Assembly: GCA_964578625.1 (NCBI GenBank)
Contig: CAZODQ010000005.1
Location: forward strand, 1,260 to 65,259
Length of the DNA: 64,000 nt
Direction of reading: 5' to 3'
Source: an uncultured Actinomycetota bacterium
Lineage (GTDB): Bacteria > Actinomycetota > Humimicrobiia > Humimicrobiales > Humimicrobiaceae
Shown here: piece by piece, positions 29,382 through 39,539 of the stretch
How the letters are laid out: every line of letters starts with the position of its first letter
Numbering within the stretch: the first letter of the stretch is position 1
The notes under the pieces: model-generated
The model's database searches: none
Seen by the model: the letters and a program-made list of their open reading frames with translations, nothing else
Told to the model about the DNA's origin: nothing
Program-made: the position numbers and the translations under genes

Positions 29382-31814
29382 TTGGTATTTGAACTTAGGG
29401 GTAAAATAAAAAATATTGAAATTGAATCGGAAATGCAGGATTCCTACCTGAGTTATGCGATGAGTGTAATTATAGGCAGGGCCCTGCCGGATGTAAAAGA
29501 TGGCCTAAAGCCGGTTCACAGGAGAATATTATATGCCATGCATGATATGGGCATAAGATCCAATACACCCCATAAGAAATGTGCCCGAATTGTAGGAGAG
29601 GTACTTGGAAAATATCATCCCCACGGTGATACTGCGGTTTATGATGCTCTGGTACGAATGGCTCAGGATTTTTCCCAGCGTTATATTCTAATTGACGGAC
29701 ATGGAAATTTTGGTTCTGTTGATGGTGATAGAGCCGCAGCTATGAGATATACTGAGGCCAGGCTTTCTTCGATTGCTGAAGAACTTCTGGTGGATATTGA
29801 CAAGGATACAATAGAATTTGTGGATAATTTTGACAGTTCTCTAAAAGAACCGGAAAGGCTTCCTTCAAAATTTCCGAATCTTTTGGTAAATGGTTCCTCC
29901 GGTATTGCTGTGGGTATGGCTACTAATATCCCGCCTCATAATTTAGGGGAAATAATAGATGGGGTCGTTTATTATATAGATAATCCAAAAGCTTCAGCTA
30001 AGGACCTGATGAGAAAGATCAAGGGTCCGGATTTCCCTACAGGCGGAATTGTAATGGGAATCGGGGGAATAAAGGAAGCATATGAGACCGGCAGGGGGCG
30101 TATAATTGTAAGGGGCAGAGTGCATCAGGAACAGCCCAGGAAAGGAAGAACCCAGATAATAATAACTGAACTCCCATATCAGGTGAATAAATCAAGATTT
30201 ATAGAAAAAATCGCTGAACTGGTCAGAGCTAAAAGGATAGAAGGTATCAGCGACCTGCGGGATGAATCAGACAAGAGCGGGATGAGAGTAGTTATAGAGC
30301 TCAAAAGAGATTCAGTTCCTAGTGTGATTATTAATTCTCTATATAAAAATACTCAGCTTGAGGATACCTTCGGAATAATTATGCTGGCTCTGGTTGACGG
30401 TGTACCAAAGACTCTGAATTTACCGTGTTTGGTTGGAGAATATACCAAACATAGATTTGATGTGGTAGTTAAGAGAACCAAATATGAATTAAAGAAGGCC
30501 GAGGAACGCGAGCATATTCTAAAAGGTCTTTTAATAGCTCTGGATAACCTGGATGAGGTAATAAAGACTATAAAATCTTCCAAGGATGTTCCCACTGCAA
30601 GGAAGAGACTGGTTAAGGATTTTAAACTTACTGTAATACAGGCTCAAGCCATACTGGATTTAAAATTGCAGAGGCTGACTGGACTGGAAAGGGATAAGAT
30701 AAAATTAGAACATAAACAATTGATTGAAAGAATAAAGGAACTGAAGAAACTTCTCAGTAGTGATAAGTTGATATACGGAGTGGTAAAAGATGAACTGTCT
30801 GAGATCAAGAAGAAATACAGTGATGATAGAAGAACGGATATAACTACTGATGTTTCTGATATTGAGATAGAGGATCTGATACCTGAGGAGGAAAATGTGA
30901 TATCCATATCTCACTCTGGTTATATAAAAAGAGTGCCCGTGACTACTTATAGAAAACAGGGAAGGGGCGGAAGAGGAGTAACCGGTACCAATCTGAAAGA
31001 AGATGATTTTGTCAAACACCTGTTTATAGCATCAACACATCACTATATAATGTTTTTCTCAAATCTGGGGAAGGTGTATAGATTAAAAGTCCATCAGATC
31101 CCTCCAGGAAGCAGAATGTCTAAAGGCAAGGCAATTATAAATCTGCTTCCCTTTATATCCGGAGAGACGGTAGCAGCTATAATAGCGGTCAGAGATTATG
31201 GGGATGATAAATATCTAATTATGGCCACAAAAAAAGGAATGATCAAAAAAACACCTATCGAAGCTTATGATACTTCCAGAAGGGACGGGATTATAGCGAT
31301 GACTATAAAAGAGGGAGATAAATTGATAGGAGTAGAGAAATCCAACGGCAGTGATGAGGTTATAATAGTTTCAAGAAATGCTCAGGCTATAAGATTCAGT
31401 GAAAAAGACTGCAGACCAATGGGAAGGACTTCACAGGGTGTGAAGGGAATGAGGCTTTCAAAGGGTGATGAAGTACTCTCTATGATGGTTGCAAGAGAGC
31501 TTGAAGGAGACCTCTTTGTCCTTACCGAGAACGGCTATGGGAAAAGGACTCAGCTGTCGGAGTATAAGACGCAAAAAAGAAGCGGGCTCGGTGTAAGGAC
31601 CTTGAAAATAACTGAAAAGAAAGGAAAGGTAGCCGGGGCTGGTATAATTAAGGATGAGCATGATGTTATGATCATTTCCAATAAGGGGGTACTTATAAGG
31701 ATTCCCGCCAGATCGATATCAAGAATTGGAAGATCAACTCAGGGAGTTAAAGTAATAAATTTGGGAGAAGAAGCTAAAGTAGCTTCTTATTCAATAGTTA
31801 CATCAGAAAGCTAG
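29382..31814 (+). CDS. gyrA: DNA gyrase subunit A
   Basis: N-terminal [29 protein letters not shown] motif, an [10 protein letters not shown] segment, C-terminal beta-pinwheel repeats, and a length of 810 aa. Confidence 0.95.
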   Translation: MVFELRGKIKNIEIESEMQDSYLSYAMSVIIGRALPDVKDGLKPVHRRILYAMHDMGIRSNTPHKKCARIVGEVLGKYHPHGDTAVYDALVRMAQDFSQRYILIDGHGNFGSVDGDRAAAMRYTEARLSSIAEELLVDIDKDTIEFVDNFDSSLKEPERLPSKFPNLLVNGSSGIAVGMATNIPPHNLGEIIDGVVYYIDNPKASAKDLMRKIKGPDFPTGGIVMGIGGIKEAYETGRGRIIVRGRVHQEQPRKGRTQIIITELPYQVNKSRFIEKIAELVRAKRIEGISDLRDESDKSGMRVVIELKRDSVPSVIINSLYKNTQLEDTFGIIMLALVDGVPKTLNLPCLVGEYTKHRFDVVVKRTKYELKKAEEREHILKGLLIALDNLDEVIKTIKSSKDVPTARKRLVKDFKLTVIQAQAILDLKLQRLTGLERDKIKLEHKQLIERIKELKKLLSSDKLIYGVVKDELSEIKKKYSDDRRTDITTDVSDIEIEDLIPEEENVISISHSGYIKRVPVTTYRKQGRGGRGVTGTNLKEDDFVKHLFIASTHHYIMFFSNLGKVYRLKVHQIPPGSRMSKGKAIINLLPFISGETVAAIIAVRDYGDDKYLIMATKKGMIKKTPIEAYDTSRRDGIIAMTIKEGDKLIGVEKSNGSDEVIIVSRNAQAIRFSEKDCRPMGRTSQGVKGMRLSKGDEVLSMMVARELEGDLFVLTENGYGKRTQLSEYKTQKRSGLGVRTLKITEKKGKVAGAGIIKDEHDVMIISNKGVLIRIPARSISRIGRSTQGVKVINLGEEAKVASYSIVTSES

Positions 31815-31941
31815 TAAAATGATTTAATTTAATTTATTTTCTAAATCTGATATTATATTTAAAAATAGAGATCTTTTGATATGATCAGTAAATTGTCCTT
31901 TGTAATATTAATAAAATGTCAATAAGAGGAGGTAGGATAAA

Positions 31942-32331
31942 ATGGCTGTAAAGAAAGCAGAGATTGACTCTGATTGCAGTAAAAAGAGTTCGACAGGCAT
32001 GGATTCGAAAGTTGCTGTACTTCTTGCGTATCTTTTCGGATGGATCGGTGGATTGGTATTCTGGCTCATTGAAAAAGAAAACAAATTCGTAAAATGGAAT
32101 GCACTTCAATCTTTAATTCTTGGTATTCTTGAGGTAGCATTGATATTAGTAGTTTCAGTTCTTTTAGGGCTTATTCCTTTCATTGGTTGGTTTTTCTTTT
32201 CCTGGCTTGGCTGGCTACTGGCAGGGGTTTGCTTTGTACTCGGTATTGTCGCAATTGTTATGGGATTCCAGTGCAATACTTTCAGAATACCCGGTGTCTG
32301 CAAATTAACTGATAAATATTTCAAGATGTAA
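31942..32331 (+). CDS. small membrane protein (DUF4870-like)
   Basis: AVLLAYLFGWIGGLVFWLIEKENKFVKWNALQSLIL is typical of DUF4870. It has three TM segments. Confidence 0.5.
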   Translation: MAVKKAEIDSDCSKKSSTGMDSKVAVLLAYLFGWIGGLVFWLIEKENKFVKWNALQSLILGILEVALILVVSVLLGLIPFIGWFFFSWLGWLLAGVCFVLGIVAIVMGFQCNTFRIPGVCKLTDKYFKM

Positions 32332-32435
32332 TAAATATGTATTGCTGAATCAGAGGTTGTAAATTTTTATGCCACAAGAATAGAAATAGAATATGATTTT
32401 AAATAGTTTATAGCTTATATATTCAAGGAGAAAAT

Positions 32436-32837
32436 ATGGATGTTGAAAGGAAAGTCTTAAGAAGTGTAAGCGAATTTTCAATGTTTAAGTATCTACTGGT
32501 TTTCTATTTAATATTTTTTATCTTATCTGTTATTATAATGGGAATATTAGGACTAATTGCCTGGTTAGGTCTTTCTTCCTTCGGCCTTGATATAAATGAG
32601 ATTTTAGCAACTTATGGTCTAGGTTACCTCAGTTCATATAATTTTAATTTACTGGGCAGCGGAGTCATAACTATTATTATATTGATTGCCAGCGGACTTT
32701 TTGCATCGGTATTTTATGCTGCTGTCGGGACTTTGGCTGTATGGATAATGAACGTTATTTTAAGGATTGTTGGTGGAATAGAACTGAGATTTTTTATGAA
32801 AAAAGAAAAAGAGATAAGTCCTAAGGAATCAAAGTAG
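32436..32837 (+). CDS. hypothetical membrane protein
   Basis: ORF with several hydrophobic helices and no recognised motif. Confidence 0.4.
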   Translation: MDVERKVLRSVSEFSMFKYLLVFYLIFFILSVIIMGILGLIAWLGLSSFGLDINEILATYGLGYLSSYNFNLLGSGVITIIILIASGLFASVFYAAVGTLAVWIMNVILRIVGGIELRFFMKKEKEISPKESK

Positions 32838-32942
32838 GTACATTACTTTTTTAAAATCAATTTAAAGTTCTATACTGCTGTGGTTTTGCCTTGACAAAAA
32901 TATATTAAATTGTTATTTTGACCTCTGTTAAAAATTCGGACA

Positions 32943-33019
32943 GGGCCTATAGCTCAGTTGGTTAGAGCGCATCCCTGATAAGGATGAGGCCTCTGGTTCG
33001 AGTCCAGATAGGCCCACCA
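32943..33019 (+). tRNA. tRNA-Ile (anticodon GAT), CCA encoded
   Basis: gggcctatagctcagttggttagagcgcatccctGATaaggatgaggcctctggttcgagtccagataggcccacca has cloverleaf features, a GGTTCGAGTCC T-arm and a GAT anticodon. Confidence 0.9.
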
Positions 33020-33035
33020 GTTTTTCACTTCTTGT

Positions 33036-33111
33036 GGGGGTGTAGCTCAGTTGGGAGAGCGCCTGCCTTGCAAGCAGGAGGTCAGCGGTTCGATCCCGCT
33101 CATCTCCACCA
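33036..33111 (+). tRNA. tRNA-Ala (anticodon TGC), CCA encoded
   Basis: gggggtgtagctcagttgggagagcgcctgccttGCAagcaggaggtcagcggttcgatcccgctcatctccacca has the G3:U70 pair diagnostic for tRNA-Ala and a TGC anticodon. Confidence 0.9.
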
Positions 33112-33192
33112 TAAGTATTTTAAAATTAGCAGACTTTTTTATTACCCCTTTATTTATATAGTATAAATTAAATGGTATAAGCTTAAATTCCC

Positions 33193-33609
33193 TTAAGACT
33201 CTTTTTTCTGCTGCCGGAGCATATCTTTCAAGGTGATTGACTTAAAAACATCATAAAATTGTTTACTTGCTTTTTCCCATATTTTTCGTGCTACACAGTT
33301 TTTAGACCTATAACATATTTCAGGGCTCTTGATGCATTCGGCAATATCCAGTGACCCCTCTACAGCTGTTAGAATCTCACTTAATTTTATTTTTTCAGGA
33401 GGTCTTGCAAGAAAATATCCCCCGTGTGAACCACGGGTGGATTTGATAAGACCTGCAATTTTTAGAGGTATTATCAACTGCCCTAAATATTTTAAAGATA
33501 TATCCTGTGAGATGCTGATATCTTTTAAGAGTACTGGACCGGTATTATACCTCAATGAAAGCTCTAACATCAATCTGGTGCTGTATCTTCCTCTTGTAGA
33601 AAGTTTCAT
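33193..33609 (-). CDS. Rrf2-family transcriptional regulator (IscR/CymR-like)
   Basis: N-terminus MKLSTRGRYSTRLMLELS with an HTH. Cys residues (CIKSPEICYRSKNC) are compatible with an Fe-S-ligating IscR type. Confidence 0.75.
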   Translation of the reverse strand: MKLSTRGRYSTRLMLELSLRYNTGPVLLKDISISQDISLKYLGQLIIPLKIAGLIKSTRGSHGGYFLARPPEKIKLSEILTAVEGSLDIAECIKSPEICYRSKNCVARKIWEKASKQFYDVFKSITLKDMLRQQKKES

Positions 33610-33755
33610 ATCAGGATCTAATTTTAATTCTTATTATTACTATTATATTAATAGAATTACTTTTCTTTGTAAAATTTTAATTATATATAACAAGTATACG
33701 GGTGTTGTAATTTTTGTTAGAATGTTTAAATATTGACAGGGGAGATTAAAAGACA

Positions 33756-34241
33756 ATGGCTAATATGTGGCTTGAGATATTTTTAGGTAAGGTAGGGAAA
33801 TATATTATTATCTTTCTCACCAGGTATTATTATTTTATTATCCCGTTCATAATAGCGTATGGGATTTTTATGGCTTTATCTTCGTATAATTTTAAGAGAA
33901 TTGAAAAAATAGTTGACCGGGAAATATTAAATCAGTCTAAAAAGATATTGAAAGAAGTTCCGGATATCAATTACGTAGATCTGGTTGACAGAATAGAAAT
34001 TCCCTGGAAAAAGATTGTAAAGACTTATTCTTTTTTACCATATATATCACTGGAATCAGGTTTGTGGGTAAGGAAGATAGATGCGGTATTGATAAGGGAT
34101 ACTATCATGCAGGATGAAAAAAAAATAAGACTAGTCCTTGAAAGAAATGGTATTTACAATTTCCAGGAGAAATCAATAGAACCGAGAAATCTGTATATAG
34201 AAAATATCCACAGGATCACCAGAAGAAAAGATTTTAAGTGA
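33756..34241 (+). CDS. hypothetical membrane protein
   Basis: ORF with an N-terminal TM region and no motif recognised. Confidence 0.35.
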   Translation: MANMWLEIFLGKVGKYIIIFLTRYYYFIIPFIIAYGIFMALSSYNFKRIEKIVDREILNQSKKILKEVPDINYVDLVDRIEIPWKKIVKTYSFLPYISLESGLWVRKIDAVLIRDTIMQDEKKIRLVLERNGIYNFQEKSIEPRNLYIENIHRITRRKDFK

Positions 34242-34243
34242 TT

Positions 34244-35545
34244 TTATGAGAACAGGTTAAATATAGGCTGTATGATTTTAAGTAAGATCCAGAAAAATAT
34301 ATTGGAACTGCTGCTGATACCTGAAAGTCTTTTATAGCCATCAATTAATTCCATATCGTGTTTTAGAAAAAAATCGGTAAATAAATGTCCCATGTCGGTT
34401 GTTATCCACAGGACTATTGGGATTATAATTACTGCTATAATGAAACTTCGGAATATGTCACCCCTTGATGGAATGATGATCCAAAGCAGTATAAAGGGGA
34501 TTATTATAATGTCAGCATTTGGGAGTACTGCATTTCCAGGAAGGACAGTCGAGATATAAACAGTCAGGGGGATAATAATGACCGATAAAACAATCACTGA
34601 AGGCTGGCCTACTAGAATTATAGGATCCAGGCCGATGTAAACTTCTCTTTTTGTTATTTTTCGCCTGATGAATTCTTTTATTCCATAAACTATAGGGACA
34701 AGACCCTTTAGAAGAATGTTTACTGTTCTGGGTAGAAGTATCATTATAATAGATAAAGATATACCGCTTGACAGGGCATACAAAACATTTGGACCCGGAT
34801 TCGAAAAAAGGTTCTTGTATTTTGTGATAAGGCCGATTATAAATCCAAGAATAAAACCCATTATAATAGGTTCCGAGATAATCCCAAGCTTATACTGTAT
34901 CTTTTCATAAGAGATATGGATTCTTTTAATGAATGGGATCCTGTTGAAGATAATGTTGAAGAGATGTGAAACTGGTGCCCAGCAGATAGTATGAGCCTGA
35001 GGATTGGAAACACCTCTGAGCCCGAAATAACTCTCGGTATAGATTGTATAAATATCTGATAATACGAAAGTTACGACAGCGATTATTAATGCAATCAATA
35101 TTCCAAACCATTTTATTTCTGTGATATAAAATATGATCGAGCCTGTCAGCAGGAAACTCCAATAATTCCAGATATCTATATTTATAGTTCTTGTAAATCT
35201 CAGGGAAAGCATGACAATATTTAAAATAAAAACAGCTATTATTATCTGAAGGATTATAGGAGAGTTTAAAATAACGGCTTTGGTGACAAGCCAGCCTGCA
35301 TCAATGATCTCGAACTCCTTTGGGGAATTTACAAGTATAGTATTTATAATGGGTTCAAAGAAATTAACAAAAAGAGTGAGCAGTATTGAAACACCGGTCA
35401 GACCGATAAAAATAAATATACAGTTCTTTAGGTTATCGAGGGGTTTTCTGTCTGTAATCAGACTAATTATCAGTAATATTATGGGGATTATTATTACAGG
35501 TCCCAGTTCTATTATATATTCCAAAATTCTGTATGTGATGGGCAT
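34244..35545 (-). CDS. PTS system EIIC component, galactitol (GatC) family
   Basis: It is collinear with E. coli GatC across the whole protein. It shares LGP near the N-terminus, GW...NIDIWNYW and IGLDPIILVG...PGNAVLP blocks. The protein is 433 aa with multiple TM segments. Confidence 0.75.
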   Translation of the reverse strand: MPITYRILEYIIELGPVIIIPIILLIISLITDRKPLDNLKNCIFIFIGLTGVSILLTLFVNFFEPIINTILVNSPKEFEIIDAGWLVTKAVILNSPIILQIIIAVFILNIVMLSLRFTRTINIDIWNYWSFLLTGSIIFYITEIKWFGILIALIIAVVTFVLSDIYTIYTESYFGLRGVSNPQAHTICWAPVSHLFNIIFNRIPFIKRIHISYEKIQYKLGIISEPIIMGFILGFIIGLITKYKNLFSNPGPNVLYALSSGISLSIIMILLPRTVNILLKGLVPIVYGIKEFIRRKITKREVYIGLDPIILVGQPSVIVLSVIIIPLTVYISTVLPGNAVLPNADIIIIPFILLWIIIPSRGDIFRSFIIAVIIIPIVLWITTDMGHLFTDFFLKHDMELIDGYKRLSGISSSSNIFFWILLKIIQPIFNLFS

Positions 35546-35616
35546 AAAATAAAAGTTTTAAATTTTTAATGATGTTATATTATACTTACTATTTGGTATA
35601 AAAAAAAGGAACTGTT

Positions 35617-36279
35617 GTGAACGAATTAAATGTCAACATGCCTTCCGAAGCAGCACGGTATATCAATAAGAGCAGGGATAATTTTAAAAAACTATATGAT
35701 CGGATGTTTGAAGCATTATCAGACAGAGATATAAATAGTATTTTAAATAACACAGTCTCCCGGCTCACGGGCAATAAAAAGATCAAGCTGTTCTTTTTTG
35801 AAAGGGAGGTTATAGTTGATTTAGATGAAAATAATATCTATTACTCCGGAAATAAGAAAGCGGGCATAGGAGAAGCTCTGGATAAATACTCATCTTCTCT
35901 TATTTTACATTATATGCTTAATGCGGATGGGACTCCGCTTACCGGTGAGTGGATATCTTACAGGGAACTGCCGGGAGGACTTTTTTACTGGAAGACAATT
36001 CCTGCAGTACTGGAACCTCTGGTAAAAGAATATGGAAGTAATGGGGATAGATTTTTAAAAAAAGCATTTAAAATCGGCGGTGAAAAACATACCGGATTTA
36101 AGTTCGGCTCGGTAATACACCCCTTTAAAATGTTTCCTGTACTTATAATTCTTGATGAGAAGAGTGAGGAGTTTGAAGCAAGTGTTAGAATGTTGTTTGA
36201 CGGAAGTGCTCCGTGCTATTTAAAGACCGATGTGGTCAAATTGATCATAATCTATATTGTAAATAAGCTCTTGAACTGA
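35617..36279 (+). CDS. hypothetical protein
   Basis: ORF only. Confidence 0.35.
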   Translation: MNELNVNMPSEAARYINKSRDNFKKLYDRMFEALSDRDINSILNNTVSRLTGNKKIKLFFFEREVIVDLDENNIYYSGNKKAGIGEALDKYSSSLILHYMLNADGTPLTGEWISYRELPGGLFYWKTIPAVLEPLVKEYGSNGDRFLKKAFKIGGEKHTGFKFGSVIHPFKMFPVLIILDEKSEEFEASVRMLFDGSAPCYLKTDVVKLIIIYIVNKLLN

Positions 36280-36440
36280 GGCAGATGATTTTAGTTTAAA
36301 AATTGCCTTTTAACTAAATATGAACATTAAAGAGGTGTCTGTTTAGTAAATCCACTGTACTTTTAAATTTTAATCTTTTCTTATATAATAAGAAAATGTT
36401 CACTCTTTGAACAATTGTGCAAAATTTGGATTAATAAAAT

Positions 36441-37385
36441 ATGGACGGAGCAGAAAGAAAAAAATTAATCTCAAAGGTAGCAAGACTTTATTATATTGAG
36501 AGATTAACCCAGCAAAAAATAGCTGACAAATTAAATATTTCGAGAACAAAAGTATCCAGGTATTTAAATATAGCCAGGAAAGAAAAGATTGTAGAGATAA
36601 AAATAAATCCGCGGGTAGAGGATTATTCGGAGCTTGAGTATGAAATAGAAAAAAAATTTAAAATAAAAGAATGTTCTGTGGTACCTTCTTTTAAAAATAA
36701 AGAAGAAGTACTTAAGATGATGGCAGATCCCCTTAATAATTTACTTGAAAGGATACTGGTAAACGGAAGTTATTTAGGGATTGGCTGGGGGAGCTCGCTA
36801 AAGGAAGTATCGGATTATATCAATGTCAATGGTAAATCTGATATAAAAGTGGTCCCGATAATAGGAGGTCTCGGCAAGATAGGAACAGGGATACATACAA
36901 ATTCTGTAGCTAAAAATATTGCAGACAAGCTGGGCAGTATAAGTTATATGATACATTCACCGGCTATTTTGGATAGCAGGGAGATAAGAGAGATAGTTGA
37001 AAAAGACAGCAATACCAGGGAAATAATCGAGCTGTCAGAGAAAATAGATACTGCACTTATAGGATTAAGCGATATTGGCCCCGATTCTACATTGATTAAA
37101 ACAGGCAGTTTCAGTATGGAGGAATTCAGGTATTTAGGGAGCTTGGGTGTGATCGGAGACGTAAATCTCATTTTTATAAACAAAAGAGGTGAACATGTCC
37201 CAAATAAGATAGATGAAAGGATTGTAAGGATTTCACCTGATAGATTAAAGAGGGTCAAAAATGTAATCGGAGTTGCTTTTGGCGGAAGAAAATTGCAAGT
37301 AATTGTTGGGGCACTAAAGGGAGGATTAATAAATGTACTGTTTACAGATGAAGAAACGGCAGATCATATTATAAAGTCAGGATAA
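36441..37385 (+). CDS. SorC/DeoR-family sugar-binding transcriptional regulator
   Basis: N-terminal HTH (ARLYYIERLTQQKIADKLNISRTKVSRYL) plus a C-terminal sugar-phosphate-binding domain. It lies upstream of the dehydrogenase complex genes. Confidence 0.7.
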   Translation: MDGAERKKLISKVARLYYIERLTQQKIADKLNISRTKVSRYLNIARKEKIVEIKINPRVEDYSELEYEIEKKFKIKECSVVPSFKNKEEVLKMMADPLNNLLERILVNGSYLGIGWGSSLKEVSDYINVNGKSDIKVVPIIGGLGKIGTGIHTNSVAKNIADKLGSISYMIHSPAILDSREIREIVEKDSNTREIIELSEKIDTALIGLSDIGPDSTLIKTGSFSMEEFRYLGSLGVIGDVNLIFINKRGEHVPNKIDERIVRISPDRLKRVKNVIGVAFGGRKLQVIVGALKGGLINVLFTDEETADHIIKSG

Positions 37386-37388
37386 ATC

Positions 37389-38426
37389 ATGGACAGAAAT
37401 TTAAAAGCTAAAAAACTTTATATAAATATCGACGGTTTTAAAATTGAAGATAAATTCAGCCAGCTGGATGATAAGGTAAAAATTGAAATGCTTAGGAAAA
37501 TGTATCAGATAAGACATTTTGAGGAGGAGACCGAGCAGTTTATTATAAGAGGGATGATACACGGTACATGCCACCTTTATACTGGTGAAGAGGCGACAGC
37601 TGTAGGGGCGATTCAAGCTATAAAAAGTGACGATTATATTACTTCTACTCATAGGGGTCATGGCCACTGTATAGCAAAAGGGTCAGACCTTAATATTATG
37701 ATGGCTGAACTTCTGGGTAAGAGAACAGGATACTGCAAGGGTAAAGGCGGGTCAATGCATATAGCAGATGTTGATTCTGGAAATCTTGGAGCAAATGGAG
37801 TAGTGGGAGGAAGTATCGGCATTGCTACAGGGGCTGCACTTACCTGTAAGATGAAAAAGAATGGAAGAATTACAGTATGTTTTTTTGGCGATGGTGCAGC
37901 TAACCTGGGGATATTTCACAGCTCCATCAACATGGCTTCCATATGGAAATTGCCCGTAATTTACTTATGTGAAAATAATATTTACGGGATGTCAACATCA
38001 GTAAAAGAGGCACTTAATATAGAAAGAATATCAGACAGAAAAGCATCTTACGGAATCAAGGGTCTTACCATTGATGGTAATAATCTGATTGAAGTATTTA
38101 ATACAGTTTCACATTTCGCAGATGAGTGCAGATACGGGAGAGGGCCGATTTTGATTGAAAGTCTGACTTACAGGTGGAAGGGACATTCTAAAAATGATGC
38201 CCAGGTTTATAGGAAGAAGGAGGAAATAAAACGCTGGATGAAAAGGGACCCTATAAGAATATATAAGAAAAATTTAATTGACAGGGGAATATTAACTGAA
38301 GAGATGGATAGGGATTTAGAAAAAGGAGTAATAGATCAACTGCAGAAAGCTATTAAATATGCCAAGGATAGTCCATTCCCAAAACCCTCAGAGGTTGAAG
38401 ATGATGTATATGCAAAAGAGTATTAA
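37389..38426 (+). CDS. 2-oxoacid (pyruvate/acetoin) dehydrogenase E1 component alpha subunit, TPP-dependent
   Basis: It carries the TPP-binding motif GDGAANLG...ENNIYGMST and the E1alpha His motif HRGHGH. Confidence 0.85.
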   Translation: MDRNLKAKKLYINIDGFKIEDKFSQLDDKVKIEMLRKMYQIRHFEEETEQFIIRGMIHGTCHLYTGEEATAVGAIQAIKSDDYITSTHRGHGHCIAKGSDLNIMMAELLGKRTGYCKGKGGSMHIADVDSGNLGANGVVGGSIGIATGAALTCKMKKNGRITVCFFGDGAANLGIFHSSINMASIWKLPVIYLCENNIYGMSTSVKEALNIERISDRKASYGIKGLTIDGNNLIEVFNTVSHFADECRYGRGPILIESLTYRWKGHSKNDAQVYRKKEEIKRWMKRDPIRIYKKNLIDRGILTEEMDRDLEKGVIDQLQKAIKYAKDSPFPKPSEVEDDVYAKEY

Positions 38427-38444
38427 TATTATTAATAACAATCC

Positions 38445-39458
38445 TTGATTTATGGAGATATTTCTACAGTGAGAAGAGAATTAACTTATGCTGAAGCAAT
38501 AAGAGAAGCAATGCAGCAGAAAATGCGGGAGGATGATAACGTATACCTTATCGGAGAGGATATAGCAGAATATGGCGGAGCATTTGCTGTGACTGCAGGT
38601 ATGCTGGAGGAATTTGGTAAAGAAAGGATAAGAAACACTCCTATATCCGAAGCTGCCATAATAGGTGTTGCCACCGGAAGTGCTGTTACTGGGATGAGGC
38701 CGGTAGCTGAGATAATGTTTTCGGATTTTATAACTATAGCTATGAACCAGATCGTAAATCAGGCTGCAAAAATAAGGTATATGTTTGGAGGAAAGGCTAA
38801 AGTACCGATGGTAATAAGAACAGCCGGGGGTGGCGGGACCGGCGCTGCTGCCCAGCATTCGCAAAGCCTGGAAGCGCTTGTTGCTCATATTCCCGGGCTT
38901 AAGGTTGTTATGCCGTCCTGTCCTTATGATGCAAAGGGTCTTCTAATCTCATCAATAAATGACGATAATCCGGTGATTTTCATAGAGCACAAGCTGCTTT
39001 ATAAAAATAAAAAGTGTATTCAAAACGTCCCTCTTAAGATGTATGAAATACCATTGGGTAAAGGGGACATTAAAAGAGAGGGCAGTGATATAAGCGTGGT
39101 TGCGACTTCCTATATGGTACAGAAATCATTGGAAGTGGCTGAAAAATTATCAGGAGAGAAGGGTATTGAATGCGAAGTAATAGATGTAAGGACACTCAGA
39201 CCTCTTGATATCAATATTATATTGGATTCAATCAAAAAGACAGGAAGGCTTCTGTGCGTGGAAGAAGCACCGGTTTTCGGAGGTTTTATGGGAGAAGTCT
39301 CAGCACAGGTGGCCGAAAAAGGATTTGACTGGCTGGATGCTCCTATAGTCAGAGTTGCAGGCAGGAACTGCCCTGTTCCATACAGTCTGGTACTTGAACA
39401 GGAAATGATTCCGAGTATTGAAAGGATTGAAAGAGGGATCCTGGATTTTTTTGAATAA
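38445..39458 (+). CDS. 2-oxoacid dehydrogenase E1 component beta subunit
   Basis: It is transketolase-like: [12 protein letters not shown]...[10 protein letters not shown]. The start is a TTG at 38445 or an internal GTG. Confidence 0.85.
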   Translation: MIYGDISTVRRELTYAEAIREAMQQKMREDDNVYLIGEDIAEYGGAFAVTAGMLEEFGKERIRNTPISEAAIIGVATGSAVTGMRPVAEIMFSDFITIAMNQIVNQAAKIRYMFGGKAKVPMVIRTAGGGGTGAAAQHSQSLEALVAHIPGLKVVMPSCPYDAKGLLISSINDDNPVIFIEHKLLYKNKKCIQNVPLKMYEIPLGKGDIKREGSDISVVATSYMVQKSLEVAEKLSGEKGIECEVIDVRTLRPLDINIILDSIKKTGRLLCVEEAPVFGGFMGEVSAQVAEKGFDWLDAPIVRVAGRNCPVPYSLVLEQEMIPSIERIERGILDFFE

Positions 39459-39539
39459 AACCCGGTATTTTATTAGATTTCAATATGCTATTATAAGTAT
39501 TACTGTAAGTTTAATATTTATTATGTAAGGGATTGAATT

